Part shown: positions 23,634-35,786 of the stretch, piece by piece
Position numbering within the stretch: the first letter of the stretch is position 1
How the letters are laid out: every line of letters begins with the position of its first letter
Source of the DNA: Eledone cirrhosa
Taxonomy: Eukaryota
DNA: 64,000 bases
Reading direction: 5' to 3'
Assembly: GCA_964016885.1 (NCBI GenBank)
Contig: OZ024765.1
Location: 8,432,001-8,496,000 of the forward strand
Notes under the pieces: generated by a model
Seen by the model: only the letters and a program-made list of their open reading frames with translations
The model's database searches: none
What the model was told of the DNA's origin: nothing
Program-made: the position numbers and the translations under genes

Positions 23634-24995
23634 GTTACTGAGTACCGCCAAAGGTCTCGGTCCAGTGACATTGTCTTGGAGAGGTGTAAGTGTGTGAGGT
23701 CGGAGTTTATCAGCTCATCCCAGGTTTTTTTAGGTCTGCCTATTCCGTGGCTACCGTCTATCTTCATTGCCCTGCACTTTGTTATACAGCTATCGACTTT
23801 CATGCGCATCACGTGTCCATACCAACGTAGCCTTCTCTCGAGTAAACAACATCTGATCTCTCTTATTTCTAATTTTTTCCTTAGTTCGTTTATGCTTTGC
23901 CGTTCACGTATATTACTGTTACACATCCAGCGGAGCATGCAAGCTTCATTCCTCTCTAGTCTGCGTATATCCTCTGCACACAATGCCCAGGTCTCACTGC
24001 CATGCAACATTGCTGTTCGTATGCAGGCATCATACAACCTGCCTTTCATTTTTAGGGAGAACCCTTTAGCAGCTAATAGTGGTATAAGCTCTCTGAACTT
24101 TTTCCATCCAGTTCTGACTCTAGCTACTGTACTTTCTGAGCACCCTCCCCCACTGCTGATTTTGTCACCCAGGTAACGGAAGCTGTCCACTATTTCTATA
24201 GAGCCCTCTGCGCAGTTGTAAGAGCTAGTATTTTGTGGGCACTTGCTGCTACTTATTGCACCAGAGCACCGGCCACATGTAAAATCTATGTTCTTAGTTA
24301 GCTTACCTGTGATCCCACTACATCTTTTATGCACCCATACTTTGCATTTGGGACATAAAATGGAGTTTCTACCTACGCCTTTCCTACACACTGAGCATGG
24401 CCATTTCCCAGAAGGGACCACTGCCTTATTTTCTTTCCTACAAACTAGAACTTTAGTCTTAGCCAGGTTAATTTTAAGTCCTTTTGATTCTAGGCCATGC
24501 TTCCATGTTTGGAATTTCTTCTCTAGCTCGGCCATTGATTCAGCTATGAGTGTCAGGTCGTCTGCGTATAGGAGTTCCCATGGGTAGCCGGTCTTGAACT
24601 CCTCTGTTATAGCCTGATGGGCAATAATAAATAGTAGGGGGCTGAGAACAGAGCCCTGATGGACGCCAACTTTTACGCTAAACTCTTCACTATGTTCGTT
24701 GTTAATTCTAACCTTGCTGACTGTTTCTTTATACATGGCTTGTATCGTTCTCACAAGCCATTCGTCAACACCTAGTTTTCTAAGAGCCCACCAGATAATG
24801 GAGCGGGGGACTCTGTCGAAGGCTTTCTCCAAGTCGACAAAAGCTAAGTAGAGGGTTTTACCTTTAGCTAGGTACTTCTCCTGTAGTTGTCGTACAATGA
24901 AAAGAGCGTCTGTGGTACTTTTGCCTGACACAAACCCGAAATGCATTTCATCTAGGTCAATTCTCTCTCTGATTAGTTGCACTATTACTTTTTCC
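23634..24995 (-). mobile_element. Internal RTE-A fragment (RT + PHD), lacking both the 5' part and the 3' UTR
   Basis: ORF 23627-25147 (N-terminus is microsatellite) from [11 protein letters not shown] to DLWRYSVT. Confidence 0.95.
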
Positions 24996-25458
24996 ATACA
25001 TATATGTATATATATATATATATATATATACATATATGTATATGTATATATATATGTATATGTATATGTATATGTATATATATATACATATACATATACA
25101 TATGTATATATACATATATCACCGGGGAAACATTTGTAAGGACACACAATAAATTACCTTTTTATGATGTCTACCTGTTATTATTCATTCTAAGTGTATA
25201 TATATACATATGTATATGTGTATATATGTATATATATATATATATGTATGTGTGTATATACGTAGTTGAACACGGATATAAAGAAATGTATATCCTTGTG
25301 CAACTAAAAGGAAAAGACATTCAGCCATAGAAAACTAGCGAGAAAGACGCCTATATGAGTCACAATCATCCGACACACTTTGCCTCAGAATGGGACCTGT
25401 CTAACCCATGCTAGCAAGGAGGATGGGCATTAATCGATAATGATGATGATGATGATGA

Positions 25459-26548
25459 GGAAAGACACTGTCTATATCTTTAACCTTTTCATTACCATAT
25501 TTCTAATGAAAGACACTGTCTATGTCTTTAACCCTTTCATTACCATATTTCTAATGGAAGACACTGTCTATGTCATTAACCCTTTCATTACCATATTTCT
25601 AATGAAAGACACTGTCCATGTCTTTAACCCTTTCATTACCATATTTCTAATGAAAGACACTGTCTATGTCTTTAACCCATCCATTTACCATATTTCTAAT
25701 GAAAGACACTGTCTATGTCATTAACCCTTTCATTACCATATTTCTAATGAAAGACACTGTCTATGTCTTTAACCCATCCATTTACCATATTTCTAATGAA
25801 AGACACTACCTATGTCTTTAACCCATCCATTTACCATATTTCTAATGAAAGACACTGTCTATGTCTTTAACCCATCCATTTACCATATTTCTAATGAAAG
25901 ACACTACCTATGTCTTTAACCCATCCATTTACCATATTTCTAATGAAAGACACTGTCTATGTCTTTAACCCATCCATTTACCATATTTCTAATGAAAGAC
26001 ACTGTCTATATCATTAACCCTTTCATTACCATATTTCTAATGAAAGACACTGTCTATGTCTTTAACCCATCCATTTACCATATTTCTAATGAAAGACACT
26101 GTCTATGTCATTAACCCTTTCATTACCATATTTCTAATGAAAGACACTGTCTATGTCTTTAACCCTTTCATTACCATATTTCTAATGAAAGACACTGTCT
26201 ATGTCTTTAACCCTTTCATTACCATATTTCTAATGAAAGACACTGTCTATGTCTTTAACCCTTTCATTACCATATTTCTAATGAAAGACACTGTCTATGT
26301 CTTTAACCCTTTCATTACCATATTTCTAATGAAAGACACTGTCTATGTCATTAACCCTTTCATCAACATATTTCTAATGAAAGACACTGTCTATGTCTTT
26401 AACACTTTCATTAGCATATTTCTAATGAAAGACACTGTCTATGTCTTTAACCCTTTCATCAACATATTTCTAATGAAAGACACTGTCTATGTCATTAACC
26501 CTTTCATTACCATATTTCTAATGAAAGACACTGTCTATGTCATTAACT
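25459..26548. repeat. 48/49-bp minisatellite, block 2
   Basis: Same unit; preceded by a duplicate (25117-25458) of ~22655-22992. Confidence 0.95.
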
Positions 26549-27712
26549 TTTTCTTTTAAAATATACAACATACAGAAAATAGAACTACTCCACACATTAT
26601 ATAGAGTACCACAGGACACTAGATGAGTGTGTGTAGGAGGGTCTCGTCACCCGACGAGCATGTCGGACAGATCCTGCTAACCGCAGTTCCATGCATGTAA
26701 AGTTTATCTCAAACTGGCAACCCTCCCCGGTAACACTGCCAGGCCAGGGACTTCTGGATGTTGTCTATTGGCCCTAGCAGAAAGTCCGCCTGAAGAAAAT
26801 AACTAGCTGTCTTTCGTCGATGCCCAGAGTTTCCCCAAGGACATGTGCTGCTCTTTCTCTCCACTAACCCTCTATAGAACGCCAAGGTGGAGCTTCCACC
26901 AATCGCATTATCCGACTAGTCGAGGGCTGTGAGCGCCTGAAGACATTCCAGTCTCCAAGCACTTGCTCTCATTCTTCGCTTCACCCAGGACTGCAACCCT
27001 GTCAAGGAGACAAGCTGGGGAAAATCATGTCTAGCAAATGGCGACCACACCTGTTCACCGTTGAGGAAGAGGTTGAGACAGCAGATGGACTGCCTGACCA
27101 TCGGAGTGTGTCCCAGTTTTTGCCCATCTGGAGGCCCGGATCAAACTAGACCCATAGCAATTTAACCAGTCCGTCCGTCCAGCACCCAAAGACGCTGTTG
27201 GACGGCATGGACCTGACTTTCTAGGTGCCAGACTGCAGGCCCACCGACTTTTTCTGGTTGATCATTGCTCCCGATACCGCCTCGTATTCTCTTCGCCCCG
27301 ATGTGTTTGCCGTTTGACACCACAATGGTGAGGTCATCAGCATATGCTGATACAGTTCTCCTGCATCCCAGTTTGCATGAGACGCCCCTCACCGTCTCCA
27401 GTTTGTGCAGTAATGTCTTGAGAGCCAATACATACAACAAGGATGAGACAGGACATCCTTGGTGGACTGGACGCATGATGTTGAACAGTTCCGAAAGGTG
27501 ACCATTCACTCTACCCATAGAGCAGATGTCACTGTGCATGCAGCGATTCAGCCTCCGAAGACACCACCAAACCTGCCTGCCCTCAGGACCGCCACTCAGG
27601 CCGTTTTGTTACAGGTGCCAGCTTAAAGTAGGTCCATTCACAGGGTCTATTCTCGTTACAGGTGCAAGCTTAAAGAAGACCCATTCCCTCAGGTCATCCT
27701 CATTAGATGTGT
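26548..27712 (-). pseudogene. Decayed L1/Tx1-like LINE fragment
   Basis: Peptide VNGHLSELFNIMRPVHQGCPVSSLLYVLALKTLLHKL...SAYADDLTIVV; frameshifts and stops; A-rich 3' end near 26550. Confidence 0.7.
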
Positions 27713-27879
27713 AAGCTTAACCCTTTAGCATTTAAACTGACTGTAACCGGCTAGAATTCTCTCACCTGTTTCTGTTCAAACTGGTCATAACTGGCCGCTC
27801 ATACTGATGATAATGTATTGTTCTCAAAATAAATAATATCAAAATCTCATAGATTCAATGTTATGCGAGATATTTATGA

Positions 27880-30270
27880 AAGATAAAGCCGTTACCACAA
27901 AAATACAATAGTATATATAGAGTAATGTAAATGTTATGTGAGATATTATGTGAGGTAAAGCCTTTACTGTGAAAATATAATAGTATATATAGAGTAATGT
28001 AAATGTTATGTGAGATATTATGTAAGGTAAAGCCTTTACTGTGAAAATACAATAGTATATATAGAGTAAAGTAAATGTTATGTGAGATATTATGTGAGGT
28101 AAAGCCTTTACTGTGACAATATAATAGTATATATAGAGTAATGTAAATGTTATGTGAGATATTATGTGAGGTAAAGCCTTTACTGTGAAAATATAATAGT
28201 ATATATAGAGTAATGTAAATGTTATGTGAGATATTATGTGAGGTAAAGCCTTTATTGTGAAAATGCAATAGTATATATAGAGTAATGTAAATGTTATGTG
28301 AGATATTATGTGAGGTAAAGCCTTTACTGTGACAATACAATAGTATATATAGAGTAATGTAAATGTTATAGGAGATATTATGTGAGGTAAAGCCTTTACT
28401 GTGAAAATACAATAGTATATATAGAGTAATGTAAATCTTATGTGAGGTAAAGCCTTTACTGTGAAAATACAATAGTATATGTAGAGTAATGTAAATGTTA
28501 TGTGAGATATTATGTGAGGTAAAGCCTTTACTGTGAAAATACAATAGTATATATAGAGTAATGTAGATGTTATATGAGATATTATGTGAGATAATGTGTT
28601 TACTGTGAAAATACAATAGTATATATAGAGTAATGTAAATGTTATAGGAGATATTATGTGAGGTAAAGCCTTTACTGTGAAAATACAATAGTATATATAT
28701 AGAGTAATGTAAATGTTATGTGAGATATTATGTGAGGTAAAGCCTTTACTGTGAAAATACAATAGTATATATAGAGTAATGTAAATGTTATGTGAGGTAA
28801 AGCCTTTACTGTGAAAATACAATAGTATATAGAGAGTAATGTAAATGTTATGTGAGATATTATGTGAGGTAAAGCCTTTACTGTGACAATACAATAGTAT
28901 ATATAGAGTAATGTAAATGTTATGTGAAATATTATGTGAGGTAAAGCCTTTACTGTGAAAATACAATAGTATATATATAGAGTAATGTAAATGTTATGTG
29001 AAATATTATGTGAGGTAAAGCCTTTACTGTGAAAATACAATAGTATATATAGAGTAATGTAAATGTTATGTGAGATATCATGTGAGGTAACGCCTTTACT
29101 GTGAAAATACAATAGTATATATAGAGTAATGTAAATGTTATGTGAGATATTATGTGAGGTAAAGCCTTTACTGTAAAAATACAATAGTATATATAGAGTA
29201 ATGTAAATGTTATGTGAGATATTATGTGAGGTAAAGGCTTTACTGTGAAAATACCATAGTATATATAGAGTAATGTAAATGTTATGTGAGATATTATGTG
29301 AGGTAAAGGCTTTACTGTGAAAATACCATAGTATATATAGAGTAATGTAAATGTTATGTGAAATATTATGTGAGGTAAAGCCTTTACTGTGAAAATACAA
29401 TAGTATATATAGAGTAATGTAAATGTTATAGGAGATATTATGTGAGGTAAAGCCTTTACTGTGAAAATACAATAGTATATATATAGAGTAATGTAAATGT
29501 TATGTGAAATATTATGTGAGGTAAAGCCTTAACTGTGAAAATACAATAGTATATATAGAGTAATGTAAATGTTATGTGAGGTATTATGTGAGGTAAAGCC
29601 TTTACTGTGAAAATACCATAGTTTATATAGAGTAATGTAAATGTTATGAGATATTATGTGAGGTAAAGCCTTTACTGTGAAAATATAATAGTATATATAG
29701 AGTAATGTAAATGTTATGTGAGATATTATGTGAGGTAAAGCCTTTACTGTGAAAATATAATAGTATATATAGAGTAATGTAAATGTTATGTGAGATATTA
29801 TGTGAGGTAAAGCCTTTACTGTGACAATACAATAGTATATATAGAGTAATGTAAATGTTATGTGAAATATTATGTGAGGTAAAGCCTTTACTGTGAAAAT
29901 ACAATAGTATATATATAGTAATGTAAATGTTGTGTGAAATATTATGTGAGGTAAAGCCTTTACTGTGAAAATACAATAGTATATATATAGAGTAATGTAA
30001 ATGTTACGTGAGGTAAAGCCTTTACTGTGAAAATACAATAGTATATATAGAGTAATGTAAATGTTATGTGAGATATTATGTGAGGTAAAGCCTTTACTGT
30101 GAAAATACAATAGTATATGTAGAGTAATGTAAATCTTACGTGAGGTAAAGCCTTTACTGTGAAAATACAATAGTATATATAGAGTAATGTAAATGTTATG
30201 TGAGATATTATGTGAGGTAAAGCCTTTACTGTGAAAATACAATAGTATATATAGATTAATGTAAATATAT
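27880..30270. repeat. 72-bp minisatellite (with 60- and 74-bp variants), ~33 units
   Basis: Unit GTGAAAATACAATAGTATATATAGAGTAATGTAAATGTTATGTGAGATATTATGTGAGGTAAAGCCTTTACT. Confidence 0.95.
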
Positions 30271-30544
30271 AGAGTAATTTTGCCAAGGTAACATCACTTT
30301 ACGAAACAGGATCTAACCAAATATCTTTTTCTGCGAAAATACAACAGTATATATAGAAATATACACACATGTCATGTTATAGTTGAATGATAATTTACAG
30401 ACTAGGATAAAAGATTTAATCTTGAAAAGAATATTGTATTGATAGCTGATCACACCTGTACAGGTAATAGCTTCCCCCATCTGTTTTGTTAGGACAATTA
30501 ATGATCCAGTTGTTCAATCAATGGAACATTTTTCTTCTTATAAT

Positions 30545-30732
30545 AATTGTTTCTACGTTAGGCACAAGGCCAGCAATTACCGAGTGTATTACTGGTACTT
30601 TATTTTATCGACCCCGTAAGGATGAAAGGCAAAGTTAACCTCGGCGGGATTTGAACTCAGAATGGCAAGAGCCGTAACTCTATGCGCCAAAGCATGGCAT
30701 CCGACACTCTACCAATACTGCCAATCCACCGC
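30545..30732 (-). mobile_element. tRNA-derived SINE relic
   Basis: Minus strand has A-box-like TGGCAGTATTGG, B-box GAGTTCAAATCC, then GCCTTTCATCCTTACGGGGTCGATAAAATAAAGTACCAG. The latter resembles, from memory, a conserved central domain of octopus/invertebrate SINEs. Confidence 0.7.
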
Positions 30733-31064
30733 ATTCTTCTTATAATAATACTAGCAGTTTAGCCTGGCGTTGCTCGGGTTTGTTCATTTGCTATGAAAAG
30801 TTACATACAGGTAAACGTGGCTTGAAAGCGAATAAGCTTATCAATTAAGTGCATAAAGCAGTTGAACCGGTTATTAAAAGTTACGAACCAATTAGCATTT
30901 TTGTCAATCAATGATGGGTTAATAATCTTCCAATAGCGAATTTAGTAGACCAAAATTGCAAGATGGTGGCCCTGATGCCGCTGGGTGTCAGATCTGTCCG
31001 CCATGGGATACCCTACCAGGATATAGTGTTCCAGACGGCATAGCTCCAACACCTGCACCAACAT

Positions 31065-32330
31065 CTATAGCACCTCTTTGTAGACGATATTGCGTGTCAT
31101 CCCTTGAGGAGAGTAAGCAAAAAGTCCATTCCTGCTCCCTGCGCGGGAACAGGCAACATAAAGTTGGCCATGGGAGAAGCATGGCTCCCCCAAATGGATG
31201 CCCGCCACCGACAATGTTTGCCCTTGTGACTTTTTAATGGACATGGCAAAACATGGTCTCACCGGGAATTGGGATCGCCGGAAATCGAACGGGATATCTG
31301 ACGCCGAGGGGAAAAGGTTCATCCTTGGAATGAAAACATTCTCCCCTCTTCTGCACCCCGTTACAATGGTGGCCTCAATCAAGTGGGTGTCAGTGACTTG
31401 ACGACCATGCGAGTACCGTTGCACTGCTTTGGTGGACGCAAGTTCCTTATTAGCATAATGGGACAGCCAACCCTAAGCTTAATAATGTGAGGTGGGAGCC
31501 CTGGGGGCTCAAGGAGATTTAATAACTCAACCGGATAATTAACGATATCGTCGGGGTCTGATTTGAAGATGTGCTTTTTACCGGGAATCTTCTCAATCAG
31601 CTGCTCGTTAATAAAATTAACCATGGTATTTTTCGGAGCAAGGATGGCTCTTTCGCTGAGCCAATCGAGGTTTTTAAAGTTAGATGAGACATTAGGAAAA
31701 ACTGCTTCCCAAAGATCAGAAGGGCTGCTCACAATGTTGCACAGAGTGTCGATTGCTATGCCGCCCTTGTCATCCGCAGGGATCTTGCCCTCACCAAGTG
31801 CTAAAATGTTCTGTGCTGCAGACATGTTGTCACCATGCAAATGAGCACGCATATTTGTGCTCAGGTACAAACTATTCACCTGGAGCCACAACATGGACGA
31901 CTTAAGACAGGCACGCACTTCATCAGCTCTTGTCCATTTGGGGATGACAGGCAGCGTTTTCCGAAAATCCCCTGATAGCAGAAGGGTTACGCCACCCATA
32001 GGAGCCGTAGAATCCTTAATGTCTTTCCGGGCCTTGTCCAATGCCTCAAGGGCACCCTTGTGTGCCATTGTGCACTCATCCCAAACAATGAGGCAACATC
32101 TTTTGAGAACCAGAGCTTTGTGTGAACTCTTGCTGATATTGCATGTTGGTGTCTCAGTTTTTACTAAATCCAAAAGGAGTTTAAAGGTTGAATGTGCTGT
32201 CCTGCCTCCCGGCAGCAAAGTAGCAGCGATCCCGGACGATGCAACGAACAACGCAACTTTTTTCTCCTGACGAATCTTAGCGAGAATCAAATTCGTTACA
32301 AAAGTTTTTCCGGTACCCCCAGGAGCGTTT
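31065..32330 (-). pseudogene. Helitron PIF1-family helicase, frameshifted near 31400
   Basis: Walker A APGGTGKTF (~32300-32325), ASSGIAATLLPGGRTAHS, IVWDEC, GDFRK, NMR, MLIRNL, CNGTR, QFPVRPCFAMSIKKSQGQT, FSHGQLYVACSR. Confidence 0.88.
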
Positions 32331-32359
32331 TTTATTGGGGGGATCAGGGGATTTTTTTT

Positions 32360-33088
32360 TTACCTTGAGGTATAACCACTCAGTAGTTCCTTCAAAGGCT
32401 CTGGCGGTTCCGTAAGAAGGGGCAAGGTGACCTTACCGTTTAAGCAGCACATTGCAGGTGGCTCCCCAGCCCACTTTGTAGCATTGCAGAATTGGCAATT
32501 GAAGCGCATCTCGCCTATATTTATGTCAGAGCGCATCGAGTAATTAACGTTTTGCTCATACTTGAAAGCCCGTAGGTGCCAGTAAGGGCTGTTGGGGCTC
32601 GTCACACCACGTGCAGCTTCTCGCCGTCGACTGTTACGCTTGAACGTAGAACATTGGTCGTGTGGTTGGTGGGAAGGTCTGGCAGCAATAGCAGAAGCAA
32701 CATTTGCAATGCTAATGGACCGCCCGTCTGCATCTTCAGAAGCCATGGAAGTAGTCATAGCCGCAGCGTTCGTAGGAAGGCGAGCCGTCCATTGTTTTAA
32801 ACGTTCCAAAGACCTGGAAGCAGCATTAGTCGCATCGTTTCTAGCCAGGCGCTTCGACCTTTGTTCACGGCTCTCTGAAGCCCTGGAAGAAGCCTGGTAT
32901 GAAGCCATTTTGGCTAGGCGTGCGGTGCGCTGTTGGAAACTTTCAGCGGCTCGACATTCTGCTGAACGTAAGGCTGTCTGTGAAAGTCTTGAAGCATTTT
33001 CCTCAGAGGACTCGTTTGCTATAGTAGCCTTTTGCGCCACTGCTGACGCGGTATGTCGACTGAGGCGACTTCTCTTTTTAGGTGGCAT
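32360..33088 (-). pseudogene. Helitron RepHel N-terminus (ES/ET-x-EQR-xx-RL repeats, Cys cluster); Rep catalytic domain deleted
   Basis: MPPKKR...ESREQRSKRL...CQFCNATKWAGEPPAMCCLNGKVTLPLLTEPPEPLKELL. Confidence 0.8.
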
Positions 33089-33551
33089 TTTATGTCCAAA
33101 AGAAAGGGTGAAAGTTACTTCTACAGAAAAATTGACTTTGAAAGTCTACTGTCTGTTTATGAATATTGTTATTGCTGTTGTGATACAAATGTTAGTAAGT
33201 AAATGGGTATCGAAAAATAAAGGGTGAAAGTTACTTCAACATAAAAATTGACTTTGAAAGTATAAGGCTGATAATTGAATGTAAAAAGATTGATAAGAAA
33301 GGCCCCCCAAAAAAATTTACAGGTATTTGTATGTATGTGTGTATTTTTATGTCGAAAAGAAAGGGTTAAAGTTACTTCTACAGAAAAATTTAGTTTGAAA
33401 GTGTAAGACCGATGTATGTGTAAATTATGTGACAGGTATTTGTATGTATGTGTGTATATGTATGTATGTGTGTATATGTATGTATGTGTGTATGAAAGTG
33501 TAAGGCCAATGTGTGTGTAAATTAAGTGACAAGTATTTGTATGTATGTGTG

Positions 33552-33583
<32 letters not shown>

Positions 33584-34439
33584 TGTATGTATGTATGTAT
33601 GTATGTATTAAAGGTTGAAAGTTACTTCAACATAAAAATTGACTTTGAAAGTATAAGGCTGATAATTGAATGTAAAAAGATGGATAAGAAAGGCCCCCAA
33701 AAAAACTTTACAGGTCTTTGTATGTATGTGTATATTTTTATGTCGAAAATAAAGGGTTAAAGTTACTTATTCAGAAAAATATAGTTTGAAAGTGTAAGGC
33801 CGATTGAAAAACTTACAGTTTAGTAAATGAAAGTCAGCTTCGAAATGGAGTTTGAACGCGCTAATACAAACACACACACATATATCCGTCTTTTAGTGTG
33901 TCTGTTTGTTTCTCTCTCCCTCTTTATCATTATATCCCTCTTTATCATTATATGCTATTGTTATTTCTAAAACAAACTGTGTATGCGTTGATTGATTGAA
34001 ATTCCCGCGTTCCTGTTTCTATGACGTCAATCGTAACCATACCAACATATATGTGTGTGCATGCACCCACATATGTGTGTATATGTTTTTTTTCAATGTT
34101 TCTCTTTTTCACAAACACTTATAAGAGAAGGTAGCAATTTTAAGGGGAGGTGATGAAGGGAGTAGATATAGGAAACGTATATCATATGAGAGAGGAGAAA
34201 TCATCGATTGTTGACATAAATCGATTTTTCCGTAATTGTGGCATTTTTTACCCAATAAGTTCGCCCATGACCCAAGTTAGAATATTTGTAAACATTCTGC
34301 TTAATTATTCATTCAATATTTTTGGATGGAATTGTGTAAATGTATAAAATTGAAACATACATACAGACACAAAAATCTGCCTTTTATAGATAATGATGAT
34401 GATGATATAAGTGTCTGAGCCTTCTACAATCTCACATAT

Positions 34440-34630
34440 ACCCAACCCAATTCTGAGGGAGATTTAGCATGGCACAATGTGATAAAGCTGTACATTTGAT
34501 TTACAAGTGAAGTGTATTTTTCATTGTATTGTAAGTAGCTGAGTATTCCAGACGAATGTAACCTTTTATGGAGTTCTCAGGGAGATTCAGCATAACACAC
34601 TATATGACAAAGTTGCTGTTTTGAATTACA
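34440..34630. mobile_element. Degenerate SINE-like interspersed repeat (copy at ~61110-61295)
   Basis: Two diverged copies of TTCTCAGGGAGATTCAGCATAACAC...GACAAAG...TTTGAATTACA; resembles, from memory, a common octopus SINE body. Confidence 0.4.
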
Positions 34631-35705
34631 GAGAGAACATAATCCAAAATAAGGCAATAAAGCCACTAATATATGAGGGGTTACTGAGAAGGGAGAAGGA
34701 CAAGACAGAGAGAACATAATCCCTAGTAAGGCAATAAAGCCCTAATATATAAGGGGTTACTGAGAAGGGAGAAAGTCAAGACAGAGAGAAGATAATCCCT
34801 AGTAAGGCAATAAAGCCACTAACATATAAGGGGTTACTAAGAAGGGAGAACATAATCCCAAGTAAGGCAATAAAGCCACTAACATATAAGGGGTTACTAA
34901 GAAGGGAGAACATAATCCCAAGTAAGGCAATAAAGCCACTAACATATAAGGGGTTACTAAGAAGGGAGAACATAATCCCAAGTAAGGCAATAAAGCCACT
35001 AATATATAAGGGGTTACTAAGAAGGGAGAACATAATCCCAAGTAAGGCAATAAAGCCACTAACATATAAGGGGTTACTAAGAAGGGAGAACATAATCCCA
35101 AGTAAGGCAATAAAGCCACTAACATATAAGGGGTTACTAAGAAGGGAGAACATAATCCCTAGTAAGGCAATAAAGCCACTAACATATAAGGGGTTACTAA
35201 GAAGGGAGAACATAATCCCAAGTAAGGCAATAAAGCCACTAACATATAAGGGGTTACTAAGAAGGGAGAACATAATCCCAAGTAAGGCAATAAAGCCACT
35301 AACATATAAGGGGTTACTAAGAAGGGAGAACATAATCCCAAGTAAGGCAATAAAGCCACTAATATATAAGGGGTTACTAAGAAGGGAGAACATAATCCCA
35401 AGTAAGGCAATAAAGCCACTAACATATAAGGGGTTACTAAGAAGGGAGAACATAATCCCAAGTAAGGCAATAAAGCCACTAACATATAAGGGGTTACTAA
35501 GAAGGGAGAACATAATCCCAAGTAAGGCAATAAAGCCACTAACATATAAGGGGTTACTAAGAAGGGAGAACATAATCCCTAGTAAGGCAATAAAGCCACT
35601 AACATATAAGGGGTTACTAAGAAGGGAGAACATAATCCCAAGTAAGGCAATAAAGCCACTAATATATAAGGGGTTACTGAGAAGGGAGAAAGTCAAGACA
35701 GAGAA
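34630..35705. repeat. 60-bp minisatellite (~17 units; ~4 units in paralog 61300-61600)
   Basis: Unit AGTAAGGCAATAAAGCCACTAACATATAAGGGGTTACTAAGAAGGGAGAACATAATCCCA; open on the minus strand as (MFSLLSNPLYVSGFIALLGI)n. Confidence 0.95.
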
Positions 35706-35786
35706 AACCTTTGCGAGGCTCAGAATTTTAAGATGTCTTAAACACCTCTGCTCAGATATTCCTTGGTCTTCCTCAATGTTCATTCA

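Larger units (their letters stand above)
30751..34390 (-). mobile_element. Internally deleted Helitron (3.64 kb)
   Basis: 5' TC at 34390, 3' CTAG at 30751-30754 with CCTGG/TCGGG hairpin, A|T insertion site; internal tandem repeats at 33100-33810; RepHel fragments inside. Confidence 0.9.

Noticed and set aside
22993-26548. CRISPR-like array of hairpin repeats
   Set aside because: No unique spacers, no cas genes, eukaryotic context; it is a plain minisatellite.
27839-30286. Long minus-strand ORFs
   Set aside because: 72-bp repeat with frequent frame-switching indels.
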